A stretch of 47,968 nucleotides of DNA from a virus. The position numbers were made by a program, and so were the translations under genes. Of this stretch, positions 16,633 to 23,962 are shown piece by piece. Each line of letters starts with the position of its first letter. Position 1 is the stretch's first letter. The stretch is from IMG/VR virus record IMGVR_UViG_3300034069_001016, positions 1 to 47,968 of that record. One strand, written 5' to 3'. The notes beneath the pieces are model-generated. The model made no database searches, was not told the DNA's origin, and saw only the letters and a program-made list of their open reading frames with translations.

Positions 16633-16919
16633 GCTTCTTGCTCCGGATGCTCTTCGACACCTTCCGCGCCCTGCTCGATGGCCGCGTACAGGCATTTGTC
16701 GAACAGCACATGGATGGGCGTTGTGCCGTCCTCCTGCTCGCGATTCAGTTCGCGTACGAACTCATTGGCGAAAGCCTCAGGGTCGGTAAGCCGATAGCGC
16801 GGCTCGTAGTTGCCGGCTGCCCATGCCCCATCCAAGGCACTGTCGATATTCGCAATAGGAAGCCGGATAACGACGGCACCCCGCGAGATGTAGGCTTCGG
16901 CACATTTGGCTTTGCTCAT
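16629..16919 (-). CDS. Hypothetical protein (96 aa)
   Basis: ATGA overlap at 16919. Acidic C-terminus. Confidence 0.55.
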   Translation of the reverse strand: MSKAKCAEAYISRGAVVIRLPIANIDSALDGAWAAGNYEPRYRLTDPEAFANEFVRELNREQEDGTTPIHVLFDKCLYAAIEQGAEGVEEHPEQEA

Positions 16920-17218
16920 GCTTTCTCCTTTCCGAACATCGGACATTGGCGATCGCGATAGAGGCAGCTGGTGTGCTTCGGCCACAGGGCACCGCCGCAT
17001 CGCGTGCACGTTCTGAACTCCGGCGCAGGCGGCGGCTTATTCGCCTCGGCCAGTCTCGCCGCCTTGGCGTCACGCACGCCGGCGACGATCCGCTCGAAGC
17101 TCTCGACTGCCTTCCAAAGATCGGCGTTCTCGTCGCTGACTTGGCGAAGTTGGCGCTCGAGCTTGGCCAGCTGGAGATCCTTCGCGGCTATGTGCGAGGC
17201 CGAGGTGTGACGGCTCAT
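16916..17218 (-). CDS. Hypothetical coiled-coil protein with C-terminal Cys cluster
   Basis: 100-aa ORF with CTRCGG...C...C near its end. First gene after the tRNA in the leftward operon. Confidence 0.55.
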   Translation of the reverse strand: MSRHTSASHIAAKDLQLAKLERQLRQVSDENADLWKAVESFERIVAGVRDAKAARLAEANKPPPAPEFRTCTRCGGALWPKHTSCLYRDRQCPMFGKEKA

Positions 17219-17295
17219 TTGCCTTCTCCAGCAAACGCCGCTATCTCTCCGCTCACGATGCTCCGACCGCGACCCGCACTCTGAACCCTGATGCC

Positions 17296-17372
17296 CTGGG
17301 CATAGCTCAGCTTGGTAGAGTGCCGCACTTGGAATGCGGAGGCCGCAGGTTCGAATCCTGCTGCCCAGACCA
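17296..17372 (+). tRNA. tRNA-Pro(UGG): tRNA-Pro (anticodon UGG) with encoded CCA
   Basis: Hand-folded cloverleaf. Acceptor stem CTGGGCA/TGCCCAG, D stem GCTC/GAGT, anticodon stem CCGCA/TGCGG with loop CTTGGAA, and T arm GCAGG-TTCGAAT-CCTGC. It carries C1-G72 and A73, the bacterial tRNA-Pro identity set. Confidence 0.85.
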
Positions 17373-17378
17373 TCAGCC

Positions 17379-17630
17379 TCAAAGACATACGCCGACGATC
17401 CTGCAACTGGCTGCTCCGAGCAGGAGAAGACCGACGATTAGCAGCGTCATGCCAAGCCAAAGGCTGAAGGCCACCGGCGCCGCCTCATCGAGACTCAGTC
17501 CGGGCAGTCCTTCGGTGATGGTGGTTTTCAGGACATAGAAGGCGCCTGCCAACAGCGGGACGCTAACCCAAGCGGCCATGATCATCGCGAATAGATCAGC
17601 CCGGCCCCAGAATTCGGCATTGTAGATCAT
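17379..17630 (-). CDS. Membrane protein (83 aa, 2-3 TM segments)
   Basis: AGGAGG lies 5 nt upstream of ATG 17630. Hydrophobic stretches include AMIMAAWVSVPLLAGAFYV and LWLGMTLLIVGLLLLGAA. Confidence 0.65.
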   Translation of the reverse strand: MIYNAEFWGRADLFAMIMAAWVSVPLLAGAFYVLKTTITEGLPGLSLDEAAPVAFSLWLGMTLLIVGLLLLGAASCRIVGVCL

Positions 17631-17639
17631 GACGTCCTC

Positions 17640-18875
17640 CTACCCCTTCACGCACAGGACTTGCTTCAGCGTGTGCACGACCTCGACGAGATCGGACTGC
17701 GCGGCCATGACAGCGTCGATGTCCTTGTAGGCGCCAGGCGTCTCGTCGATCACATCGGCGTCCTTGCGGCATTCGACGCCAGCGGTGGCCACAGCGTGAT
17801 CGCTCAGGGTGAACCTGCGCTTCGCTTCGGCGCGCGACATGGCCCGGCCGGCGCCATGGCTGCAGCTGCAGAAACTCTCCGGCTCGCCCTTCCCGCGCAC
17901 GATGTACGATCGCGCGCCCATGCTGCCGGGAATGATGCCGAGTTCGTCGGCGCGGGCGCGAACGGCGCCTTTCCGGGTGACGATCACGTTCTCGCCGAAG
18001 TGATGCTCCCACGACACGTAGTTGTGGTGGCAGTTCACGGCTTCGACCCAGCCGCCGACGGCCTTGCTCGGCACGGCGCGTGACAAGAGCATCATGACAG
18101 CGTCCAGCATCAGGCGGCGGTTCAGCATGGCGTACTGCTGCGCCCACTCGACGGCGAACCGATAGTCGTCGAAAAGCTCACTTCCCTGCGGCAAGTAGGC
18201 CAAGTCGGCATCCGGCAAATTGATGAACCATCGGCGCATGTCTTCCTTGGCGCGCTCGATGAAATACGTGCCAACACGGTTTCCGATGCCGCGACTGCCA
18301 GAATGGACCATCACCCAAACGTGCTGATTCTCATCGATGCAGATTTCGACGAAATGGTTGCCGGTTCCGAGCGTGCCGAGATGGCTGGCAGCGCGGTCCA
18401 GCGTCCATTGCTTCTGCAACTTGGGGTGTTTCGCCAAAATCCGTGACAGGTCGAGTGCACACTCGTTAAAAGCGCCGCGAATCGTCTCCGGCACGTCTTG
18501 CCAGGCGCCGCGATCGCCCGGTCCGCCGTTGTTGGTACGGCCGTGGGGAATGGTGCGCTCGATCTCGCTGCGCAGCGGCGCAAGGTTGTCGGGCAGATCG
18601 GCGGCCTTCAGTGTCGTTTGCTGAGCGATCATCCCGCAGCCGATGTCCACACCGACGGCAGCCGGAACGATGGCGCCTTTCGTCGGGATCACCGACCCTA
18701 CCGTGGCCCCCATTCCCCAATGAACATCGGGCATTACCGCGACATGGCGATGGACGAACGGCAGCGTCGCGACGTTCCGCAACTGCTGCATTGCTGCGTC
18801 TTCGACCGGCACGCCGCGCGTCCACATCTTGATCGGAACGCGCTGGCTGGCGTCGACTTCATAACCCCTTGTCAT
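17640..18875 (-). CDS. rtcB: RtcB-family RNA 3'-phosphate ligase
   Basis: GAGGAGG precedes ATG 18875. Canonical motifs PDVHWGMGATVGSV, DIGCGM, GTGNHFVEI, HSGSRGIGN, NCHHNY and HGAGR. Confidence 0.9.
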   Translation of the reverse strand: MTRGYEVDASQRVPIKMWTRGVPVEDAAMQQLRNVATLPFVHRHVAVMPDVHWGMGATVGSVIPTKGAIVPAAVGVDIGCGMIAQQTTLKAADLPDNLAPLRSEIERTIPHGRTNNGGPGDRGAWQDVPETIRGAFNECALDLSRILAKHPKLQKQWTLDRAASHLGTLGTGNHFVEICIDENQHVWVMVHSGSRGIGNRVGTYFIERAKEDMRRWFINLPDADLAYLPQGSELFDDYRFAVEWAQQYAMLNRRLMLDAVMMLLSRAVPSKAVGGWVEAVNCHHNYVSWEHHFGENVIVTRKGAVRARADELGIIPGSMGARSYIVRGKGEPESFCSCSHGAGRAMSRAEAKRRFTLSDHAVATAGVECRKDADVIDETPGAYKDIDAVMAAQSDLVEVVHTLKQVLCVKG

Positions 18876-19164
18876 AATGCCTCCTCGCAATAGTTGCAGT
18901 GGGTCAGCAGCGATAAACGGGTGTTCACACGCTGGGATTGTGTCGGCCTTGTCCACAGGACGGACGCCGAAAATTCGCCTAAATCTCACCCGTCGCAGGC
19001 CCATCCGGGCCGGTGGCAGGTCAACCACCGCAACTCATGGCTGAACGTGTCACCAATGCACTACGAGGTACGCGCAATATAGTAATTGCACTTACCCCTG
19101 CCGACCTGTATCAGGCCGCGTCTGACGAAAACCGTTACACCCGACACGGTTTTCAGTCTAGCAA

Positions 19165-19184
19165 AATTTGCAGAAATGCAAATT
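19165..19184. promoter_or_regulatory. Operator-like palindrome next to a TTGACA -35-like hexamer in the divergent early control region
   Basis: AATTTGCA-GAAA-TGCAAATT has perfect 8-bp arms. TTGACA follows at 19189-19194, 35 nt upstream of ATG 19229. Confidence 0.4.
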
Positions 19185-19228
19185 CCGTTTGACATGCGCA
19201 GTTTCTGCTGCGCGTAATGGAGGCGTCA

Positions 19229-19456
19229 ATGTTGAGCACGGAGCAACTGTTAAAACGAATAGAACGCTTTTTGTCACGCACCGGCATGAAGGCAACGACT
19301 TTTGGTCGAGAGGCAATGGGTGACACCGCTTTTGTGTCACGCCTTCGGATGGGCACCCGTGAGGCCCGGTCGGCAACAGTGAGGAAAGCGCTGGACTACA
19401 TGGAGGCGTACGAGTGCCAGCCCAAGCCGAAAACAAAGCTGCGACCGAATCGGTAA
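19229..19456 (+). CDS. Small HTH regulator (first rightward early gene)
   Basis: GGAGG lies 5 nt upstream of ATG 19229. GMKATTFGREAMGDTAFVSRLRMG looks like an HTH. Confidence 0.6.
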   Translation: MLSTEQLLKRIERFLSRTGMKATTFGREAMGDTAFVSRLRMGTREARSATVRKALDYMEAYECQPKPKTKLRPNR

Positions 19457-19974
19457 ATCCGAAAGATTTGGCGGGTCGCGCCAAGCCACAGCTCCACCTC
19501 GTTCCCCTGCCTGCCCTCCTCCCCATCTCCCGGGTGATGGAGCTCGGTGCAAAGAAATACGGTCCGTTCAACTGGCGTGATACGCCGATCGGCCACACCC
19601 CCTACATTTCAGCCATGTTCCGCCACCTCATCGCTTTTGCCAGCGGCGAGGATCTCGATCCCGAGAGCGGCCAGCCCCATCTCGCCCACATCGCTTCCGG
19701 CGCCATGATCCTGCTCGACGCTCGCGAGGTCGGTTCGGCGAAGGACGATCGGCCTGGCCTGTTGGCGCGCGAGGCTGCCAACGAGAACTCCGGCATCCCT
19801 GCCGAGGATTGGCTCCGACGCTTCGACGTGCTGACACCCAGCCAGCTCCACGTCTATTGGACGGAGCTGCGCCGCCTCACCGCCACGGGCGGGGGTGTCA
19901 TCGGTCCGCACCAGGATCAGGCGCTGCTGTTCGCCGAGATGTCTCGGCCGGCTCTCGTAGGCACGCATCAGTGA
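19414..19974 (+). CDS. DUF5664-like protein (family recalled as 'dATP/dGTP diphosphohydrolase N-terminal domain')
   Basis: KPQLHLVPLPALLPISRVMELGAKKYGPFNWRD...RHLIAFASGEDLDPESGQPHLAHIASGAMILL matches my recollection of that family. The start (GTG 19414) is uncertain. Confidence 0.55.
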   Translation: MPAQAENKAATESVNPKDLAGRAKPQLHLVPLPALLPISRVMELGAKKYGPFNWRDTPIGHTPYISAMFRHLIAFASGEDLDPESGQPHLAHIASGAMILLDAREVGSAKDDRPGLLAREAANENSGIPAEDWLRRFDVLTPSQLHVYWTELRRLTATGGGVIGPHQDQALLFAEMSRPALVGTHQ

Positions 19975-20096
19975 TGGCCCCGATCCCGTTGATTCCTCCT
20001 GTTGCGACGACCTACGTTGTCGTCGCTCTCGTGTTGGGTGTTTGCATCGGCTTCTTCTGCGCCGTCGCCTACATCCGCGCCTCGGCGCGACGGTGA
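19974..20096 (+). CDS. Small membrane peptide (40 aa)
   Basis: TGATG overlap with the upstream stop. Reads MAPIPLIPPVATTYVVVALVLGVCIGFFCAVAYI. Confidence 0.4.
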   Translation: MAPIPLIPPVATTYVVVALVLGVCIGFFCAVAYIRASARR

Positions 20097-20104
20097 GCTC
20101 ATGA

Positions 20105-20629
20105 GTGGAGAACTCCGCTAAGCGCCTCGTCAGCGCAGATCCCGGTTGCTACGGCGCCTTGACGCTATTCGTCGGAGGCACGCCCGTCGAAATCGCCGAT
20201 ATGCCGATCGTCAAGGTACGGCGCGGCAAATCTGACAAAGCTGAGGTGGATGGCCACGGGCTGCGTGCCCTGTTGTGGCGATGGCAGCCGGATATCGGCA
20301 TCGTCGAGCAGGTCGGCGGCATGACGGGCCAGTCGGCCAGCGCTGCCTTCAACTTCGGCCGGGCGGCTGGTGCTGTCGAGTATCTGCTGATCGGCGCCGG
20401 CGCTCGCCTCGAGCGCGTGCCGCCTGGTCGGTGGAAGCGCGCTCTCAACATCAAGCCTGGAAAGGACGATAGCCGTCTCGCGGCGATGCGCCTGTGGCCG
20501 GCCCTGGCCGACAAGTTCGCGCGGAAGAAGGACGACGGCCGGGCCGAAAGCGCCCTGATCGGTCATTGGCTTCTGACGCAGATCGGCGATCTCCAGCGCC
20601 TCGTCACCGCCGAGGAGATGGCGGGATGA
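20105..20629 (+). CDS. RuvC-type Holliday junction resolvase (phage type)
   Basis: Catalytic-region pattern SADPGCYGAL, IGIVEQVGGM, PGRWKRAL and DGRAESALIGHW. Confidence 0.75.
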   Translation: MENSAKRLVSADPGCYGALTLFVGGTPVEIADMPIVKVRRGKSDKAEVDGHGLRALLWRWQPDIGIVEQVGGMTGQSASAAFNFGRAAGAVEYLLIGAGARLERVPPGRWKRALNIKPGKDDSRLAAMRLWPALADKFARKKDDGRAESALIGHWLLTQIGDLQRLVTAEEMAG

Positions 20630-20703
20630 ACGAAGGCGCCATCCTGATCTTCGGCGGTGCGCTGTGGCTGCTGCTTTCGCTCTACTTCCTGGTGGAGCGC
20701 TGA
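20626..20703 (+). CDS. Possible 25-aa hydrophobic peptide
   Basis: ATGA overlap at 20626. Reads MNEGAILIFGGALWLLLSLYFLVER. Confidence 0.3.
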   Translation: MNEGAILIFGGALWLLLSLYFLVER

Positions 20704-20704
20704 T

Positions 20705-20983
20705 GTGCGCCGTCGTCACCAACAGAAGCTGCCGGAGCGGAAGCCTTCGCGCGAGGACGAGCTGCACGACGAGGCTGTTCAACAAGCTGCGCGTACGCTC
20801 GTTGAGCATTTCCGTCGCGCTTATGCTGGTCGCCCTTCGCGCTCGATCGGCAGCCTTCAAAAGCACGAGATCATGGCGATGACCGAAGACTGCATCAGCA
20901 CTTGGTGTCGCGTGCGTCTCGCCCAGGCCAAGGCCGAGAACGTTCCTATCGCGGAACACGATCATTTCATCCTGGGCAGCTGA
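20705..20983 (+). CDS. Hypothetical protein (about 92 aa)
   Basis: GTG 20705 lies 1 nt after the preceding stop. The ORF ends immediately before the methyltransferase start. Confidence 0.5.
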   Translation: MRRRHQQKLPERKPSREDELHDEAVQQAARTLVEHFRRAYAGRPSRSIGSLQKHEIMAMTEDCISTWCRVRLAQAKAENVPIAEHDHFILGS

Positions 20984-21874
20984 TTGGCAGCGCCAAGGAA
21001 CTACTACAGTGAGTGGGATTCCTATGCCGCGCAGTGGCTACGGAACCTCATCGCCAGGGGGTTGATCCCCGAGGGCGATGTCGACGAGAGAAGTATTGCC
21101 GACGTCAGCGCCGACGATCTCACCGGCTACACCCAATGCCACTTCTTCGCAGGCATCGGCGGCTGGCCTCTCGCGCTCAGTATCGCGGGGTGGCCTGTCG
21201 AGAGAGAGGTATGGACGGGAAGCTGCCCCTGCCAGCCCTTCAGCGCCGCCGGCAAGCGTCGCGGCACCAGCGATGAACGCCACCTCTGGCCCGTCTGGCG
21301 ACCTCTCATCGCCAAGCGCAGACCTGCAGTCGTCTTTGGTGAGCAGGTTGCGAGTAAGGATGGCCGCGCATGGCTCGCCGGAGTACGAACTGACTTGGAA
21401 GCGATGGGACGTCGCGTCGGGGCCGCCGATCTGTGCTCTGCGGGCGTCGGCTCGCCGAATATCCGACAGCGGCTTTACTGGGTGGGCGACGCCGACGGCG
21501 GAAGACCACCGCCGCGGTGGTCTTCCGCCTCGCTCGCACGACAAGGGGATTCCCCTATCGCAACAGGTGACGTTCGCAGGCTGGCCGACACCTATGGCGG
21601 GCTCGCCAGGAACGGCGCCGACGAACGGCCTGCTGGGCCGGCAAGTATGGCTGGCTACTGGTCAGCCTTCGACATTGTCCACTGCACCGACGGGAAAGCG
21701 CGCCGCATTGAACCCGGCTCATTCCCGCTGGCTCATGGGGTATCCAACCGAGTGGGACGCCTGCGCGCCTACGGCAACGCAATCAACCCGTGGGTCGCGG
21801 CGGAGTTCGTCCGTTCGTATCTCGACGCTAATGGCTGCGATGATGGAGTGACCCTTGCCCAGCTCGCAACCTGA
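20984..21874 (+). CDS. DNA (cytosine-5) methyltransferase
   Basis: Motif [44 protein letters not shown] and [14 protein letters not shown]. The central part of this frame is low-complexity (see findings). Confidence 0.85.
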   Translation: MAAPRNYYSEWDSYAAQWLRNLIARGLIPEGDVDERSIADVSADDLTGYTQCHFFAGIGGWPLALSIAGWPVEREVWTGSCPCQPFSAAGKRRGTSDERHLWPVWRPLIAKRRPAVVFGEQVASKDGRAWLAGVRTDLEAMGRRVGAADLCSAGVGSPNIRQRLYWVGDADGGRPPPRWSSASLARQGDSPIATGDVRRLADTYGGLARNGADERPAGPASMAGYWSAFDIVHCTDGKARRIEPGSFPLAHGVSNRVGRLRAYGNAINPWVAAEFVRSYLDANGCDDGVTLAQLAT

Positions 21875-22049
21875 TCGCGAAACGCCAATCGGCCATGTCA
21901 CCCACAAGGGCCGGCAGTACTTGCTTTCCATGGACGAGCGCACCCTGCAGCAGCTGGTGAAGCTCGTCGACGGCGGACCTTTCAACGCGGCCACGGCTGC
22001 ATCCGCATCGGTCATCACGAAGGTGCGGCTCACAAAGGTGGAAACGTGA
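21855..22049 (+). CDS. Hypothetical small protein (64 aa)
   Basis: The ORF overlaps the methyltransferase end. Its stop forms a GTGA overlap with the next gene's start. Confidence 0.4.
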   Translation: MPSSQPDRETPIGHVTHKGRQYLLSMDERTLQQLVKLVDGGPFNAATAASASVITKVRLTKVET

Positions 22050-22420
22050 CACGCATCGACGACACCGTGACGCAATCGAAGTGGTGGACGGGCTGCCTTT
22101 ACGCGGTTGCGTTCGTCCTCGCGCTGCTGCCGGGCATCGGCCTAGCCCATGAGCCGTATACGGATTGGCGCATGCCCAACTCGGCGACGCCGTGCTGCAC
22201 ACCGCAGCGCACAAACGACGATGGCACCGTGACAGGCGATTGCCGGCCGGTACGCGCGAGGCTCGGAAGCGACGGCATTTGGGAAGCCTGGACGGAGGGC
22301 CGTTGGCTCCCCGTCCCGCCCGATCGCATCTTGAAGATTCCGAGCCCCGACGGTCGCTCGCACCTCTGTGAGATCGCCGGAACGGTGCTCTGTTTCGTGC
22401 CGGCGCCTGTTCACGGCTGA
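22046..22420 (+). CDS. Secreted or membrane-anchored Cys-rich protein
   Basis: N-terminal hydrophobic segment WWTGCLYAVAFVLALLPGIGLA, then HEPYTDW...CC...DC...HLC. Confidence 0.6.
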   Translation: MTRIDDTVTQSKWWTGCLYAVAFVLALLPGIGLAHEPYTDWRMPNSATPCCTPQRTNDDGTVTGDCRPVRARLGSDGIWEAWTEGRWLPVPPDRILKIPSPDGRSHLCEIAGTVLCFVPAPVHG

Positions 22421-22516
22421 GTAGAAAATACGTCCCGCGCGCAACTGCCGCAGGACAGTCTAGCGTTACACTGCGTAGAGTTTGGAATAATGCAAATCGA
22501 TAGAGGAGTCACGGTT

Positions 22517-23368
22517 TTGAACGAAATCACGATCAAAGGCGATACGCCATCCACCACCGTCGCGATGCTGCTGTCGCTTGCTCGACCGCACTTCATCGCC
22601 CCCGCCCGCAACGACAACGTCGGCACCGCTCCGGCGCCCGTCACGCAGACGGCTACGGCACCGCTGCTGCCTCCGACTCCGATTCCCGACGAGACTATCG
22701 CGCCGCAGCTTCGCGTCGTGCAACCCACCGAACAGGCCGACCCCGCTCCGGCCACCGACACCACCAAGTCGCGTCGCGGCCGGCCTGCGAAGGCCAAGAC
22801 GGCTATCGCCGTTAAGTGGCCCGACGGCAGCGAGAAGTCCTTCGAGGCCGCCAACGATGCGCTCGAGGGCATGGCCGACGCGCTGGACCTCTGCGACAGC
22901 AAGGCCGACGTCGAGAAGTTCCTGAACGACAACGTGACGGTCATCGAACAGGCGTCGGATAGCGCTCGCGATGCCCTGACGACCTGCGCCAACGATCGTA
23001 TCCAGGAGATCCTGAAGAACGATGCCGCCGAGGGCGGCACGGCCATCCAGGACGACTTTCCGCAGTCGCAACTGCCTGGCGATCAGAAGACCAGCAGCGA
23101 CGAGCCAGACGACCTGAAGCTGCCGACGTTCCTCGACCGCAAGGCCGCGGCGGACACCAAGATCCCGAGCCTGGAGTACTTCAAGAAGGTGTTTCTGAAA
23201 TTTAGCGAGCTCAACCCCCGCGGCGTCAACGGCGCCAAGGATGCGCTGATTGCCGCCGGCTCGACCAAGAACCCGCCGAACCTGTCTTCCGTGCCGGAAG
23301 CCAATCGCGCAGCGTGCATCGCCGAGATGCGCAAGTTCGTCCCCGTCGACGCGGTACCGGAAGAGTAG
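22517..23368 (+). CDS. Hypothetical protein with an AT-hook-like motif and an FtsZ C-terminal-peptide-like motif
   Basis: GAGGAG lies 8 nt upstream of TTG 22517. A Pro/Thr-rich linker is followed by SRRGRPAKAK and DDLKLPTFLDRKAA. Confidence 0.65.
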   Translation: MNEITIKGDTPSTTVAMLLSLARPHFIAPARNDNVGTAPAPVTQTATAPLLPPTPIPDETIAPQLRVVQPTEQADPAPATDTTKSRRGRPAKAKTAIAVKWPDGSEKSFEAANDALEGMADALDLCDSKADVEKFLNDNVTVIEQASDSARDALTTCANDRIQEILKNDAAEGGTAIQDDFPQSQLPGDQKTSSDEPDDLKLPTFLDRKAAADTKIPSLEYFKKVFLKFSELNPRGVNGAKDALIAAGSTKNPPNLSSVPEANRAACIAEMRKFVPVDAVPEE

Positions 23369-23426
23369 CCTTTGGGCCGGTACCGTAGGTTTCTGCTGCG
23401 CAGCATATCGCTGATGGCGATTGTAG

Positions 23427-23705
23427 TTGCGTGGCGCGCCGACCGAGAGGCGGCGCAACGCAAGGCATCACTTGAAAACGAGGCAACGAAACGCTCCTGA
23501 GCGCGCCGCTATGCTGGCCGCCAGGGCAGAACGGCAGCGGACCCGCACCGTCCGCTTCACTCCCGCCCCTCCCAAACGCCGTCGGCTCTCGACGCGCGGT
23601 CTTCGTGGCCAGCCATGGAACACCAAGGCTTGGACGCCGGCGCGGGAGCGCGATCGTGACGACTGGCTGTGGGAGCGCCAGCGCAGCGCGCGGAGGGCGG
23701 CATGA
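23427..23705 (+). CDS. Possible Arg-rich small protein
   Basis: The only support is the ATGA overlap of its stop with the next gene's start. Composition is extreme and the start is unclear. Confidence 0.3.
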   Translation: MRGAPTERRRNARHHLKTRQRNAPERAAMLAARAERQRTRTVRFTPAPPKRRRLSTRGLRGQPWNTKAWTPARERDRDDWLWERQRSARRAA

Positions 23706-23962
23706 CTGTCCTTATCGGCGGATACAGCGACGGGAAGCGTGTCGACAGCGACGCGCCTTCCTTGACAATTCCGGCCCCTAAAGGCGGGCGTGACCAGTAC
23801 GAGCTTGAACTGCTCCGTGCCGAGCGTCGCACCTTCTACTTCTACCGCCACGCCGATATGGACATCGAGACAGCGCTGGCGGCGCTGCTCGACGGCTACC
23901 GGGTGGAGCGTAAAGAGCGGCCCGACGCCCCGTGGATTAGCCCGAGGTCGTTTCGTGGCTGA
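23702..23962 (+). CDS. Hypothetical protein (86 aa)
   Basis: GGAGGG lies 4 nt upstream of ATG 23702. Confidence 0.55.
   Translation: MTVLIGGYSDGKRVDSDAPSLTIPAPKGGRDQYELELLRAERRTFYFYRHADMDIETALAALLDGYRVERKERPDAPWISPRSFRG

Noticed and set aside
17296-17372. The tRNA sequence as the phage attachment site
   Set aside because: The gene is full length, including the 5' acceptor strand, and lies 14 kb from int/xis. attP cores normally contain only the 3' part of the target tRNA and sit beside int. It is kept as a formal alternative in the attP finding.
17215-17460. 81-aa minus-strand ORF covering the tRNA gene
   Set aside because: It is antisense to a well-folded tRNA, has no SD and has odd composition. 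The tRNA explains the sequence.
19201-19213. 13-nt identity GTTTCTGCTGCGC shared with 23389-23401. Both copies are intergenic and both sit next to palindromes (GCGCAG-N6-CTGCGC and TGCTGCGCAGCA).
   Set aside because: Rough arithmetic suggests that tens of chance 13-mer repeats are expected in 48 kb of biased sequence. The second copy also follows a terminator-like hairpin (23351-23385). This is not enough to call a regulatory motif.
19029-19228. Specific -35/-10 assignments for divergent early promoters (for example TTGCAC-N17-TATCAG rightward and TCGGCA-N17-TATATT leftward)
   Set aside because: The hexamers match only partially and the host sigma-factor consensus is unknown. Only the palindrome and the exact TTGACA are reported as features.
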